This document shows, piece by piece, positions 1 to 9,493 of a DNA stretch of 64,000 nucleotides; within the stretch, counting starts at the first letter, position 1; every line of letters begins with the position of its first letter. A program made the translations under genes and the position numbers. Where the stretch lies: positions 25,352 through 89,351 of the forward strand of contig CAYTFM010000002.1 in the NCBI GenBank assembly GCA_964436735.1, written 5' to 3'. Below the pieces are notes generated by a model. That model saw only the letters and a list, made by a program, of their open reading frames with translations. It was not told where the DNA came from and did no database searches. This stretch comes from an uncultured Victivallales bacterium. GTDB lineage: Bacteria > Verrucomicrobiota > Lentisphaeria > Victivallales > GWF2-38-69.

Positions 1-567
1 GCCGTGCCGCTGCTCTCCCTTGTTTGGTTCTTCGTCTCAAACGAGGTTTTCACCATTACCGTGCCGCTGCTCGGGGAGCGGCAGATCTCGCAGCCGGTGG
101 TGATTCTGCTGGTCGCCAATCTTGTGGCGGGAGCCATGGCGGCTGGAATCGGCCTCTGCCAGATCCAACTGCTCAGTTCCCTGTGCGAGGGCAGGGACAA
201 GGCGATGTGCATCGCCGTCCACTACTCGATCCTGGGGTTGCTCGCCGCTCTCGGTCCGCTGCTCGGCGGCTACTTGATGGACGTGCTTTCCGCGCATCCG
301 TTGTCATGGAACCTCCCCTCCGGCGAACCAGTCTCGTTCTTCCATATTCTTGTTGTCATCTACATACTCGTCGTGTGCGGGATCGGCGCGCCGTGTCTGC
401 TCAAGGTCCGCTTACGCACCGGAGAAATGCCGTTCCTCATGGCCGTGGGCGAACTCAGCGTCGATCCGCTGAAGGGTGGTCTGTCGATGGTATACGGTCT
501 CCTCCTCAACTATGCGGCGATACCCGTCTCGAATTTGTTGACCGGCAAGGATGAAGAAAAGAAGTGA
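1..567 (+). CDS. Polytopic membrane transporter, C-terminal fragment (MFS-like); the 5' end lies outside the window
   Basis: The frame is open from base 1 to TGA at 565-567. The translation is a series of hydrophobic helices (LLVANLVAGAMAAGIGL, ILGLLAALGPLLGGYL, ILVVIYILVVCGIGAP). The MFS assignment is by eye only. Confidence 0.5.
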   Translation, partial: AVPLLSLVWFFVSNEVFTITVPLLGERQISQPVVILLVANLVAGAMAAGIGLCQIQLLSSLCEGRDKAMCIAVHYSILGLLAALGPLLGGYLMDVLSAHPLSWNLPSGEPVSFFHILVVIYILVVCGIGAPCLLKVRLRTGEMPFLMAVGELSVDPLKGGLSMVYGLLLNYAAIPVSNLLTGKDEEKK

Positions 568-584
568 GGGCAAAGATAGGATAA

Positions 585-649
585 GTCATTGGGCATTTGT
601 CAATAGTCATTGGCGGATCGAGCCTTTCCAATGACCGATGTCCAATGAC
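585..649. repeat. Nested inverted repeat: 2x GTCATTGG followed by 2x CCAATGAC
   Basis: GTCATTGG occurs at 585-592 and 606-613. Its reverse complement CCAATGAC occurs at 628-635 and 642-649. The element lies between the convergent stops at 567 and 661. Confidence 0.6.
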
Positions 650-660
650 CGTTGCGACAT

Positions 661-1461
661 TCACCTCGCCGCTTTGGCGACGATCTCCTTGTCGAAGTAG
701 TTCACCGACATGCCGGCGTCGACCACGATCGTCTGGGCGTTGATGCCGCTGGCGCGCGGGCTCAGCAGAAACGCCACCACGTCCGCCGCCTCCTCGGTCC
801 TTAGGGCCTGCTTGCGCAGTGTCGCCTTCTCGGCGAAAAGGTAGGGGTCGATGTAGCCGGGGATGCCAGCGGAGGCTGACGTTTTCAGAAGTCCCGCCCC
901 GACGGCGTTTACCCGTATCCGCGTGTCGAGGCTCAGCGACTTCGCCAAGAAGCAGACGCTCGAGTCCAGGGCCGCCTTGATCGGCGCCATGTAGCCGTAG
1001 CTCTCCGCCGCCATCCGCGTGGTCGAGATCGACATCGCCGCCACCGCTCCGTCAGGGTCCATTAGTCCTTTGAAGGCGTTGACGATGCGGATAAGTGAGA
1101 AACAGGAGACGTCGAAGGCCTTGAGGAAGTCGTCGCTCCTCGTCTGATGGAACGGCTTGATCCCGTCGGAGTAGTTTGCGAAGGCGATCGAGTGGACAAT
1201 GCCATATACCATTCCATCTGCCGCTCCCACAGCGTCGGCGAGCGTCGCGACCGCCGCGTCGCCGGAGACATCGCAGAGGTGGCAGCGGCAGGCGGGGAAC
1301 AACTTCAGTGCGTTCCGCCGCTGCTCCTCGCCTTGGGCGGAGAAGATGAGAAAGGCCCCCGCCTCCTCAAGCGTCTTGGCGACATGATAGGCGACGCTTT
1401 TCCGGTTCGCCAGCCCGAAAATCAGAATCCGTTTTCCCGTCAGTTGAAGAAAATCCGCCAT
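661..1461 (-). CDS. fabI: Enoyl-[acyl-carrier-protein] reductase (NADH), FabI-type SDR
   Basis: LTGKRILIFGLANRKSVAYHVAKTLEEAGA is the nucleotide-binding N-terminus. YGYMAPIKAALDSSVCFLA carries the FabI Y-x6-K pair. I set the start at ATG 1461 (MADFLQLTGKR); an in-frame ATG at 1485 is the alternative. Confidence 0.85.
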   Translation of the reverse strand: MADFLQLTGKRILIFGLANRKSVAYHVAKTLEEAGAFLIFSAQGEEQRRNALKLFPACRCHLCDVSGDAAVATLADAVGAADGMVYGIVHSIAFANYSDGIKPFHQTRSDDFLKAFDVSCFSLIRIVNAFKGLMDPDGAVAAMSISTTRMAAESYGYMAPIKAALDSSVCFLAKSLSLDTRIRVNAVGAGLLKTSASAGIPGYIDPYLFAEKATLRKQALRTEEAADVVAFLLSPRASGINAQTIVVDAGMSVNYFDKEIVAKAAR

Positions 1462-1573
1462 GATGGAGTGCCTTGCAAGGAACATGCAGTATCTGTCTTG
1501 TCAATATAGCACAGACTGGGCGCGATTAGCAAAAGGGTTAGCAGGGGTGGTCAAGAGGAAACTCACCATGCCC

Positions 1574-1906
1574 TCATGTTTGTGACAATTCCTCGGTGGT
1601 GACGTTGCGTCCCCGCCATCCGTGATCCGATCTCTGGAAGGTTTTTATCAGGCGGGTGGATTTCGCATCAATTTCAAACAGTTCCGCCGCATTCATGTCA
1701 CAGGATTCCCGAGAGGTAAGCAACAGCATCACGTCCTCTATGGAGGAAACAGGCACAATCGCCGTCAATCCCGATTTTCTAGTCAGTCTTAGTCTTAACA
1801 TGATAAGTACTCCCCAGCACCCTCCCCATGTTTTCGCATGCGACGTCAATGCAAAAAATCCGATAACCCTTCTCCTTTTTGGAAGGCTATCGGCTCTTAC
1901 TCGCAT
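1574..1906 (-). CDS. Hypothetical protein (weakly supported ORF)
   Basis: This is the only sizeable ORF in the 600-bp gap between fabI and thiG. I recognise no family motif. An internal ATG at 1801 (MLRLRL...) is an alternative start. Confidence 0.2.
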   Translation of the reverse strand: MRVRADSLPKRRRVIGFFALTSHAKTWGGCWGVLIMLRLRLTRKSGLTAIVPVSSIEDVMLLLTSRESCDMNAAELFEIDAKSTRLIKTFQRSDHGWRGRNVTTEELSQT

Positions 1907-2119
1907 GAAGTCTTACCGGCTAATACGGGGCGGCGGCGCGAATTCGGCAGAGAATTCGGCATTAATTTGATTTTTTTTTGTTTTTATGCCTCCCCCCGAG
2001 TTCCTGGTATTCTCTTTCCACTGGCAATTCACCCGAAGTGTTATTTAGTAGTCGTAGCACTTGCGGCAATTATTTTTTTCAAACGCTTTGGGCCTTGAAT
2101 ACGCAAAGGAAATGGCATA

Positions 2120-2899
2120 ATGAGACCATTGACAATAGCCGGTAAACAATTCGCCAGCCGCCTTTTTCTTGGGACGGGGAAGTTCGCGTCGAAGGAGGCA
2201 TTGAGATCGGCGATCGCCGCGTCGGGGACCGAGATTGTGACCTTCTCTCTGCGACGGGTCGAGTTGAACAAATCCGACGACGACAACATTCTTTCGGCGA
2301 TCGATATGAGCAGAATCACGCCGTTGCTCAACACGAGCGGAGCCCGCGAGGCGTCGGAGGCGATCCGCATCGCCGAGTTCGGCCGTGCGGCCGGCTATTC
2401 GTGGATCAAACTGGAGATACATCCCGACCCGAACTATCTCCTGCCGGATCCCATAGAGACGCTCAAGGCGGCTGAGGAACTGGTGAAGCGCGGGTTCGTG
2501 GTGCTTCCCTACATTAATGCCGACCCCGTCCTGGCAAAACGCCTGGAGGACGTCGGCGTCCATGCGGTGATGCCACTGGGCTCGCCGATCGGCACCAATC
2601 TGGGGCTTAAGACGGAGTACATGCTGCGGATCATCATCGAGCAGGCGAGGGTCCCCGTGGTGGTTGATGCCGGGCTGGGGCTGCCCTCGCACGCCGCGGC
2701 GGCGATCGAGATGGGGGCTGACGCCGTGCTGGTGAACACCGCGGTGGCCGCGGCGGGCGATCCTGCGGCGATGGGGGAGGCGTTCGCGCTTGCGGTTCGT
2801 TCGGCGGAGTTGGCTTTGACCGCGCGTCCGGCCGCCCCAGTGCAACTCGCCTCCGCCACCTCTCCGGGCGATCTCTTCTCCGAGATCCTTGGGAAGTGA
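2120..2899 (+). CDS. thiG: Thiazole synthase ThiG
   Basis: ThiG motifs run the full length: [66 protein letters not shown]. Confidence 0.93.
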   Translation: MRPLTIAGKQFASRLFLGTGKFASKEALRSAIAASGTEIVTFSLRRVELNKSDDDNILSAIDMSRITPLLNTSGAREASEAIRIAEFGRAAGYSWIKLEIHPDPNYLLPDPIETLKAAEELVKRGFVVLPYINADPVLAKRLEDVGVHAVMPLGSPIGTNLGLKTEYMLRIIIEQARVPVVVDAGLGLPSHAAAAIEMGADAVLVNTAVAAAGDPAAMGEAFALAVRSAELALTARPAAPVQLASATSPGDLFSEILGK

Positions 2900-2944
2900 G
2901 GCGGCGTATGTATGGCGAGGCCTGCCGGAAACGCTGAAGCTCGC

Positions 2945-3217
2945 TTAGGCGATTTTGTAGATGCTTGCCAGATCGACCTTCGACTCTGACTCCAATGCGA
3001 TCAGTGTCTTGGTGTGGTTGATCCCGGTCATATGCGGCATGTCATGGGCGACGATCTCAGAGAGTCGGCCGTTGTCTTTGACGCGTAGCATCACCACAAG
3101 GTCGTATTCCCCCGCGACGGTGTAGACCTCGGTAACTCCTTGAACGGCCATGATTTCCTTGACGGCTGATTTGATCTTCGTGCGGTCGATGTTGACGAGC
3201 ACTATGGCGGTGGTCAT
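2945..3217 (-). CDS. Lrp/AsnC ligand-binding (RAM) domain protein without an HTH
   Basis: The 90-aa product (VTEVYTVAGEYDLVVMLRVKD...INHTKTLIAL) matches the C-terminal AsnC-type effector domain. There is no N-terminal DNA-binding part. Confidence 0.7.
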   Translation of the reverse strand: MTTAIVLVNIDRTKIKSAVKEIMAVQGVTEVYTVAGEYDLVVMLRVKDNGRLSEIVAHDMPHMTGINHTKTLIALESESKVDLASIYKIA

Positions 3218-3518
3218 GTCTCCCTCCTCAGTTCGCTATTTGTTGCAGTTTTAAGGTCGGTAATCTATGAAAATTATGGGTGACAGCCTATAATTTTTGA
3301 CGTAACGAACTATGACAATGCCCGTTACAATAGACGGCATTGCGGGTTTATCAACGCCAATTCAACGCTTCTTTGAGGCGTCAGTCGTAGCCGCTCAGTT
3401 TCTGACGGAGGTGTTCACGCTCGGTGGCATGATGCGACGTTGGAGTTCACGCTTCAGCGTGTGCGCGCGCTCTTGAGCACACTATAGCGGGAACTCCAAC
3501 TCTGACAGGCCGCTCATC

Positions 3519-4574
3519 TCACGATCGCCAGGCCACTTCCAGCGCGCGGTGCTCCGTGGCGCTGGTCATGATGTGCTCGATCAATTCATCGACCTCGTAG
3601 CCGGTGAATCTCGATTGCGTTCCCTGTTCGCCTGTTTCGAAGTTGCGGCAGAAGAAGCCGATCGCCTCGTCGAAGGGGGAGATGGCGTCGAAGCGATATT
3701 CCGTGGCGTGGCCGGTGTGATTGTCGTAATGGACGAGCAGCGACGCCTTGTTGTAGGGGTTGTCCCACTGTGAGCTGTAGATCTCAAGCCGTCCCTCAAG
3801 GCCGTTAATCTCAACGCGTTCGTCCCAACTGTCGCGGAGGAAGCCGATCTTTTTGAGGTTGTGGATGAGTGCCTCGTAGTGGACGATCCCGTTGCTCGTC
3901 TCAAGCAGTGCTGCCGCCTGCAGATCGTAATCGCGTCCTTCGGGGGTGTACACCGAACCGTACAGGCGGTGTGGTCTTCCGAGGAAGAAAAGGACGAGGT
4001 CGAGGATGTGGCTGCCTCCTGCATATAGAATGCCGCCGCCGAGATTCTTGCGCAGTGCCGACATGCCGTTTTTCGGCGTGTGGGCCATGCCTTCGTCGGG
4101 CATTTTCGTCCAGAGGTCGCCCCAGCACTGGTAGGCGCGGATGTGGGTGGAGACGATCCGCCCGAGCGATGGCATGAGTTCCTTGGCTTTCGCGGCCGCC
4201 GGAATGAACCGCTTCATGTAGGAGGTGTAGAAGAGCGACTTCTTCGCCTCGGCGGCCTTGACGATCTCGAAGGCGTCGGCCGCGGTGGACGCGAGCGTCT
4301 TCTCGCAGACCACTTTCTTTCCGGCGGCGATGGCGGCGAGGCATATCTCCTTGTGCGACTGGGTGTTGGTCATGATGTCAATCACGTCGATTTCGGGATC
4401 GGCGATAAGTTCCTTGTAGTCGGTGGATGCCTTCGCCCCGTATTTGTCTGCGACCGTCTTCGCCGCCTCCATCCTGACATCGCAGACGCGCGTGATTTTC
4501 GCGGCAGCCTTCTCGTAGCCCGAGCAGTGGAACTTGGAAATGTACCCACATCCGATCAATCCGACTTTAAGCAT
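3519..4574 (-). CDS. Gfo/Idh/MocA family NAD(P)-dependent oxidoreductase
   Basis: The N-terminus is MLKVGLIGCGYISKFH (Rossmann fold). An AAGGAG Shine-Dalgarno lies about 8 nt upstream of ATG 4574. The upstream ATG 4610 lacks an SD. Confidence 0.85.
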   Translation of the reverse strand: MLKVGLIGCGYISKFHCSGYEKAAAKITRVCDVRMEAAKTVADKYGAKASTDYKELIADPEIDVIDIMTNTQSHKEICLAAIAAGKKVVCEKTLASTAADAFEIVKAAEAKKSLFYTSYMKRFIPAAAKAKELMPSLGRIVSTHIRAYQCWGDLWTKMPDEGMAHTPKNGMSALRKNLGGGILYAGGSHILDLVLFFLGRPHRLYGSVYTPEGRDYDLQAAALLETSNGIVHYEALIHNLKKIGFLRDSWDERVEINGLEGRLEIYSSQWDNPYNKASLLVHYDNHTGHATEYRFDAISPFDEAIGFFCRNFETGEQGTQSRFTGYEVDELIEHIMTSATEHRALEVAWRS

Positions 4575-4662
4575 ATCGCCGATCTCCTTTTTATTATATT
4601 CGTCAACCATCTTGAATTATGCGTTACCTGAACCCTGAAACCCTGGGTGCTCATCCAAGGAA

Positions 4663-5697
4663 TCACCCCTTGAAACGCGCGTCCGGCATCACCATTATCT
4701 TGCGGACCTTGCCATGGTCGTTGCGGATCAGGTCGAACGCCTCCGTGATCCGGCTCAGGGGGAAGCGGTGGGAGATGATCTCCGACGCTGGCACGACTCC
4801 TTGACGGAGAAGCTGCAGGGCCTCGGGAAAATAGATCGCAGGGGAGGCGAAGGAGGAGCGGAGCTGCTTCTTGCCGAAGTGCAGGGCGTGGGTGTCGAGT
4901 TGGATCGCGCCACCACCTTCGAAGTCGCTGCCAATGAAGACGATGTACGCCCCGTAAGCCGTGTTCTTCAGGCAGTCGGGAATCACCTGCGGCGGCGCGG
5001 TGATCAGCACCTTGTCGAAGCCGCCGAACTTCTCCCCGCAGGTGGCGAGCGACTCCTTTTTGAGACACACGACATGGTCGGCCCCGAGCTTTTTCGCGGT
5101 GGCGAGTTTTCCCTCGGACGGGTTGGCCGCCACGAGCGGGCCGACGGTCATTTTGCGTGCGATCGCCAATGCCATAAGCCCGATGGCTCCCGTCCCCACG
5201 ACCAGCACCCGGTCAGTGAGTCGTATCTCGGCGGTCTTACACAGGTCCAAAGCGACGCCACACGGCTCCGCCAAGGCCGCCGTCAACGGGTCGATGTCCG
5301 GAGCGGGCACCACCGCGCGCCCCGGGGTGATCATCGCATCGGAAAATCCGAGAGCCGGTCCACCCCAGAAATTCGGGGCCTTGTTGCACAGATCGACCCG
5401 CCCATTGCGGCAGGTCGGACAATCGCCGCAGAATGAGGATGACTCAAGGGCGACCTGATCGCCGACTTTGACGTGTGTGACGCTTGCGCCGACCTGGGTG
5501 ACTTTTCCGCACACTTCATGGCCGATCCCCTTGAAATCAGTCGCCAAAGACCTGGCATTCTCAACGTCGAAACCGCAGATTCCGCAGGCGAGGACGTCGA
5601 TCATGACTTCGCTGGGCTTCACCTCCGGAAGCGTGACATCCCGGATCTCGATCACAAAGGGCTTCTTGACGTGGACCGACTTGACTGTGGCGCTCAT
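4663..5697 (-). CDS. Zinc-dependent alcohol/polyol dehydrogenase (MDR family, sorbitol/threonine dehydrogenase-like)
   Basis: Catalytic Zn ligands are in CGICGFD...GHEVCGKV. The structural Zn cluster is CGDCPTCRNGRVDLC. The Rossmann motif is VVGTGAIGLMAL. I chose the start at ATG 5697 (MSATVKSV); the 61 upstream residues of the ORF look non-coding. Confidence 0.88.
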   Translation of the reverse strand: MSATVKSVHVKKPFVIEIRDVTLPEVKPSEVMIDVLACGICGFDVENARSLATDFKGIGHEVCGKVTQVGASVTHVKVGDQVALESSSFCGDCPTCRNGRVDLCNKAPNFWGGPALGFSDAMITPGRAVVPAPDIDPLTAALAEPCGVALDLCKTAEIRLTDRVLVVGTGAIGLMALAIARKMTVGPLVAANPSEGKLATAKKLGADHVVCLKKESLATCGEKFGGFDKVLITAPPQVIPDCLKNTAYGAYIVFIGSDFEGGGAIQLDTHALHFGKKQLRSSFASPAIYFPEALQLLRQGVVPASEIISHRFPLSRITEAFDLIRNDHGKVRKIMVMPDARFKG

Positions 5698-5844
5698 ATC
5701 GAATTCTCCTATAATGGGTGAAAGGTTGACAGTGTTATATTGTACATGTATTATATAGCAAGGCGGACGATTTGTCAAGATCGCGCCGCATGTTTTGTCC
5801 CACGAGCAAGGTGCGAGTAGGTTATCCAAGAATACGGAGTGCCC

Positions 5845-6954
5845 ATGAAACGAACCACATCCGAGCTGCCCGGCCGCCACCGTTCCCCCGAGGTGATGCG
5901 GTTGGTTGAGGACATGGAGCGAAAGATACGCTCGGGCGAGTTGGCGCCCGGTGATTCACTGCCAGGGGTTCATGCCTTGACGGAATCCTACCATATCGCC
6001 TATGGCACCGCCATACGGGCGTGCAAGACGCTCCGGGAGATGGGACTGGTGGTGACGCTTCCCGGGCGCGGCACGTTTGTGCGCGGGGGGGCGTCGTCCC
6101 TTTCGGCTCTCAGCGTGATCTGGCCAAGCCCGTCGGTCCTTTCGGAATCCGAAAATCCCCATACGAGTTGGGTGTTTCAGCGTCTTCTGGCTGGCATCAA
6201 TGCAGGGTGCCTGGCCCATGAGATCCCCAACCAACTGCTCTTTCTTGACGCCGTTGGCGATAATTGGCGGAAGGCGCTTGACGCCATTCCCGCCGACGTT
6301 GGGGTTCTTTTCGCGATGCGCGCCCCGCCGGCATGGACGATGCGTCTCGCGAAACGGAAGGTTCCCTTCGCCATCGTGCAGCCTGACCGGCTGGACGACC
6401 ACACCCTTGAGCTGCCGCATGCCTATGCCGATTATTTTGGTGGGGTGAGGGAAGGCGTTATGACCGCGCTCCACGGCTCACTGCGGCGCAGGCCGGCGTT
6501 TATTGGCGGTATGGATGCGGGGCAGCACGAATCGCCCCGCCGGGAAGGTTATCTTGCGGCACTTGGCGAACTGGGACTAAAGGAGTCGGCCGTCATCCTC
6601 TGCGACCAGATTACCCGCGAGGCGGGAGCGAAGGCGGTCGATGACTTCCTTGGCGAGGGAAAGATAGCATTTGACTTTCTTTTCGCCGCCAACGATTTGC
6701 GCGCTCTTGGGGCGATGGACGCTCTGCTGCGGCGCGGTGTCCACGTGCCGCGGGACGTGGCGGTGCTCGGGTTCGACGACTATCCGGGATCGGCGTCGGC
6801 GGAGCTTTCGACGGTGAAGCTTCCCATCCGCGAGCTGGGGGAGCAGGCCGTGGGGTGGTTCCTGAGCGCGGTGGCGGGTGGCGGATTGCTGGATGCCATG
6901 CCTTTGAAGGCCGCCTGCCCCTTTGTCGAGAGGACATCCACGAGGCAATTGTAA
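5845..6954 (+). CDS. GntR-family (AraR-subfamily) regulator: GntR wHTH plus LacI/PBP1-type sugar-binding domain
   Basis: The N-terminus LPGVHALTESYHIAYGTAIRACKTLREMGLVVTLPGRGTFV is a GntR wHTH. The C-terminus DFLFAANDLRALGAMDALLRRGVHVPRDVAVLGFDD is the LacI/GalR effector-domain signature. The gene is divergent from the dehydrogenase pair. Confidence 0.8.
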   Translation: MKRTTSELPGRHRSPEVMRLVEDMERKIRSGELAPGDSLPGVHALTESYHIAYGTAIRACKTLREMGLVVTLPGRGTFVRGGASSLSALSVIWPSPSVLSESENPHTSWVFQRLLAGINAGCLAHEIPNQLLFLDAVGDNWRKALDAIPADVGVLFAMRAPPAWTMRLAKRKVPFAIVQPDRLDDHTLELPHAYADYFGGVREGVMTALHGSLRRRPAFIGGMDAGQHESPRREGYLAALGELGLKESAVILCDQITREAGAKAVDDFLGEGKIAFDFLFAANDLRALGAMDALLRRGVHVPRDVAVLGFDDYPGSASAELSTVKLPIRELGEQAVGWFLSAVAGGGLLDAMPLKAACPFVERTSTRQL

Positions 6955-7079
6955 AAAGCCGGTTGATAGTGGAAGGTGGAGGACGAAGACCGAAGGCGAG
7001 CCGCTGTGGGGCGGCCGTGGCGGAAGTGTCTTTTACCGAACGCCGAACACTGAACGCCGGCGTCACCAGGAGAACAACG

Positions 7080-7826
7080 TCACGCCGGTTCGATCTCGAG
7101 AATGTCGCCGTCGTAGATCGCTTTGATCTTCGAGCCCGGGGGGACGATGAGGAACTCTCCGGAGTTCCAGTCCCCTTCGACGAGTCGCCTCAACATTTCC
7201 ATGTCGCCGCGCGTCTTGGAGAATTCCCACCCGCGTTTGGCCGCCTCCCTGCGGGCGTGCTCCTCGTAGCGGGCGTCCGGCTCGATACCCATCTCGATGT
7301 AGGCGAATTTCGTGTAGTTGTGCAGCGTGTCGCAGAGGGTTTCGTAGATATATTTCGCATTCTCCTCGCCGTATTTTTCGATGAGCTGCTCGAGTGACTG
7401 GTCCATGCCGGTCGAATGCGCCACCGTGGCCTGCTTGAGGTCGCCGTCGATGCCGCCGCGCTCGATCCACCCGCTTGTCAGGAAATAGGTGCCGGGGTTC
7501 GCATGGAAAAACTCGGTGTAGCGGTGACGGGATCCAAGGAACATCGTGATGCAGTCGTGCGCCTTGGGCACGACCAGCGGGATCGAGCGTGCCACAAGCC
7601 CCGTCAGACCGTTGTTGCAGAGCCCGTAGCCAAGAGGGATCGCCTCGTATTTCCCCTCGGCCGAGATCCTGTCGACGGCGGCCTGCACGGCGTCAAGCAT
7701 CTTCGCCGCTCCCAGGTCGTGCAGCCCTTTCGGCAGGAATTCAAGGTCGACGATGTTCGTGGATGTGGCGGCGAGCAAACACAATTCCCGGTAGAATATC
7801 TCGCAGCTGAGGATTTTTAGTTTCAT
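7080..7826 (-). CDS. DUF1638 domain protein
   Basis: MKLKILSCEIFYREL...LEFLPKGLHD...IPLGYGLCNNGLTGL...VVPKAHDCITMFLGS matches the DUF1638 pattern as I remember it. The start is set at ATG 7826. Confidence 0.7.
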   Translation of the reverse strand: MKLKILSCEIFYRELCLLAATSTNIVDLEFLPKGLHDLGAAKMLDAVQAAVDRISAEGKYEAIPLGYGLCNNGLTGLVARSIPLVVPKAHDCITMFLGSRHRYTEFFHANPGTYFLTSGWIERGGIDGDLKQATVAHSTGMDQSLEQLIEKYGEENAKYIYETLCDTLHNYTKFAYIEMGIEPDARYEEHARREAAKRGWEFSKTRGDMEMLRRLVEGDWNSGEFLIVPPGSKIKAIYDGDILEIEPA

Positions 7827-7888
7827 GATGTGGCGCGAACCCGCGGTTAAACGATGTACAGAATCCATATTCGACACGCCTCCTGTTG

Positions 7889-8833
7889 TTATTCACGAAA
7901 ACTTCTGACGTCGTCGATACTATGCGCTCCGCAAAGGATCATTGCCAGACGATCAACGCCGAGCGCGCAGCCCGCGCAGTCGGGCAAGCCCCGCGCAAGG
8001 GCGGCGAAGAATTCCTCGTCGACGGGATATGCGGGAAGGCCCGCCGCCTTCCGTCTGGCGGAGACCGCGTCGAAGCGCCTCCGCTGCTCGACGGGGTCGG
8101 TCAGTTCGGAGTAGGCGTTGGCGATCTCGACGCCGCCGAGGTACAATTCCCAGCGTTCCGCCACGCAGGGGTTGTCTGGCTTCAGCCGGGAGAGGGCCGC
8201 CATGGACGCCGGATAGTCTTTGAGGATCACGGGGCGGTCTTTCGGCAATGCCGGCTCGACCTTTTCGACAAGAACGATCTCGAATTCGTCACGGGCGGCG
8301 GCTTCGGCCGCGCCGACGCCTCCGTAGTGCCGAAACGCCTTGTCGACCGTCGTCACCAGCCATTCCGCCTCGAAGTCTATCATGATGTTGTTGTTGAATG
8401 CCGCGCGCGGCGCGCCGTTCACCTGTGTGGCCACGTACGGGAGGAGGGTTTTGACGAACTCCATGAGTTGTTCGTAGGTGGCACCGGTCTCGTACCATTC
8501 GAGCATCGTGAACTCTTCGTTGTGCAGGCGCCCGATCTCGCCTTCCCGGAAGCAGGGGCCGATCTGGAAGACGCGCTCGTAGCCGGCGGCGACGAGTCGC
8601 TTTAAATGCAGTTCGGGAGAGGAGCGAAGAAAATGACGGCCCGCCGGCGGGGCGTTGATGTGATCCTCGGGCGCCGGGGCCCTGACGCGCGTGGGAGTCT
8701 CGATCTCCAGGAATCCCTTGGCGCAAAAAAAAGAGCGCAAGGCTGTTGCCAACCTTGCGCGTTTCTCGAGATGGGGCCTGAGCCACGCGAGCCGTTCTGC
8801 GTCCTCAGCTCTTTTTGCTGACGCGCTCCACAT
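7889..8833 (-). CDS. epmA: EF-P lysine beta-lysyltransferase (class II LysRS paralogue, EpmA/GenX/PoxA)
   Basis: Class II aaRS core motifs are present: FLEIETPTRV, FLRSSPELHLKRLVAAGYERVFQIGPCFREGE, NEEFTMLEWY, ALGVDRL. The gene lies immediately downstream of efp and overlaps it. Confidence 0.85.
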   Translation of the reverse strand: MWSASAKRAEDAERLAWLRPHLEKRARLATALRSFFCAKGFLEIETPTRVRAPAPEDHINAPPAGRHFLRSSPELHLKRLVAAGYERVFQIGPCFREGEIGRLHNEEFTMLEWYETGATYEQLMEFVKTLLPYVATQVNGAPRAAFNNNIMIDFEAEWLVTTVDKAFRHYGGVGAAEAAARDEFEIVLVEKVEPALPKDRPVILKDYPASMAALSRLKPDNPCVAERWELYLGGVEIANAYSELTDPVEQRRRFDAVSARRKAAGLPAYPVDEEFFAALARGLPDCAGCALGVDRLAMILCGAHSIDDVRSFRE

Positions 8834-9374
8834 ACTGGCCGATCCGTGTGTCGATCTTGACGATGTCGCCCTGGTTCACGAAGAGGGGAACCTGAATTTC
8901 ATATCCGTTGTCGATCTTCGCCGACTTCAGGGTGTTGGTGGCGGTGTCGCCGCGGGCGCCCGGCTCGGTTTCAACGATCTTCTTCTCTATGAAGATCGGC
9001 AGGGTGACTTCCATCGGCTGGCCGTTGTAGAAGAGAACCTTGCACTCGGCGTTCTCGATAAGGAAATTAATGTTTTTACCCAGCTTCTCCTTGTGGATGC
9101 GGATCTCCTCGTAGGTGTCGTTGTCGCTGAACACAAGCATGTCGCCCTCGGAGTACGAGAAGAGCAGTTCCTTCTCCTCGAGATTGGGCTTGTCGATGCG
9201 ATCCGTCGGACGGTAGGTGCGATCCATCGTCGAGCCGGTGATGATGTTTTTCAGCTTGCATTTGTAAAGGGCGGTGCCCTTGCCCGGCTTGCAGAACTCG
9301 AACTCGGTGATCACCCATGGCTGATTGTCAACCTCGACTTTCAGCCCTTTCCTCAAATCTGAGGCGTTGAACAT
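8805..9374 (-). CDS. efp: Elongation factor P
   Basis: The N-terminus is MFNASDLRKGLKVEVDNQPWVITEFEFCKPGKGTALYKCKLKNI, with the KPGKG loop. The 189-aa length is typical. Confidence 0.93.
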   Translation of the reverse strand: MFNASDLRKGLKVEVDNQPWVITEFEFCKPGKGTALYKCKLKNIITGSTMDRTYRPTDRIDKPNLEEKELLFSYSEGDMLVFSDNDTYEEIRIHKEKLGKNINFLIENAECKVLFYNGQPMEVTLPIFIEKKIVETEPGARGDTATNTLKSAKIDNGYEIQVPLFVNQGDIVKIDTRIGQYVERVSKKS

Positions 9375-9493
9375 ATTAACCCCGTGAAAAACAGTTGGTG
9401 GATTGCCATTCGAAAGAAATGAAAGTTATAGTATAAAATAGATGAGTGTCTTTTGCAACCTTCTCTTAGCCTTATTTTTAACGAAAAAAAGTG

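Noticed and set aside
1907-2119. I expected a TPP (THI-box) riboswitch upstream of thiG.
   Set aside because: I could not find the conserved CUGAGA and ACCUGAUCUGGAUAAUGCCAGCG-like cores on the + strand between 1500 and 2119. Only a T9-G-T5 tract (1971-1985) and a direct GAATTCGGCA repeat are present. An Infernal scan would be needed to be sure.
2045-2845. Long antisense ORF (266 aa) opposite thiG. Similar shadow ORFs lie at 4080-4631, 4714-5436, 7886-8605, 8691-9362, 13784-14602, 52621-53472, 53662-54696, 54338-55180, 57321-58196, 59714-60652, 61004-61798 and 62114-62698.
   Set aside because: Each lies antisense to, or out of frame with, a gene that has clear family motifs. Their translations are Arg/Gly/Pro/Ala-rich low-complexity strings, as expected from GC-rich non-coding frames.
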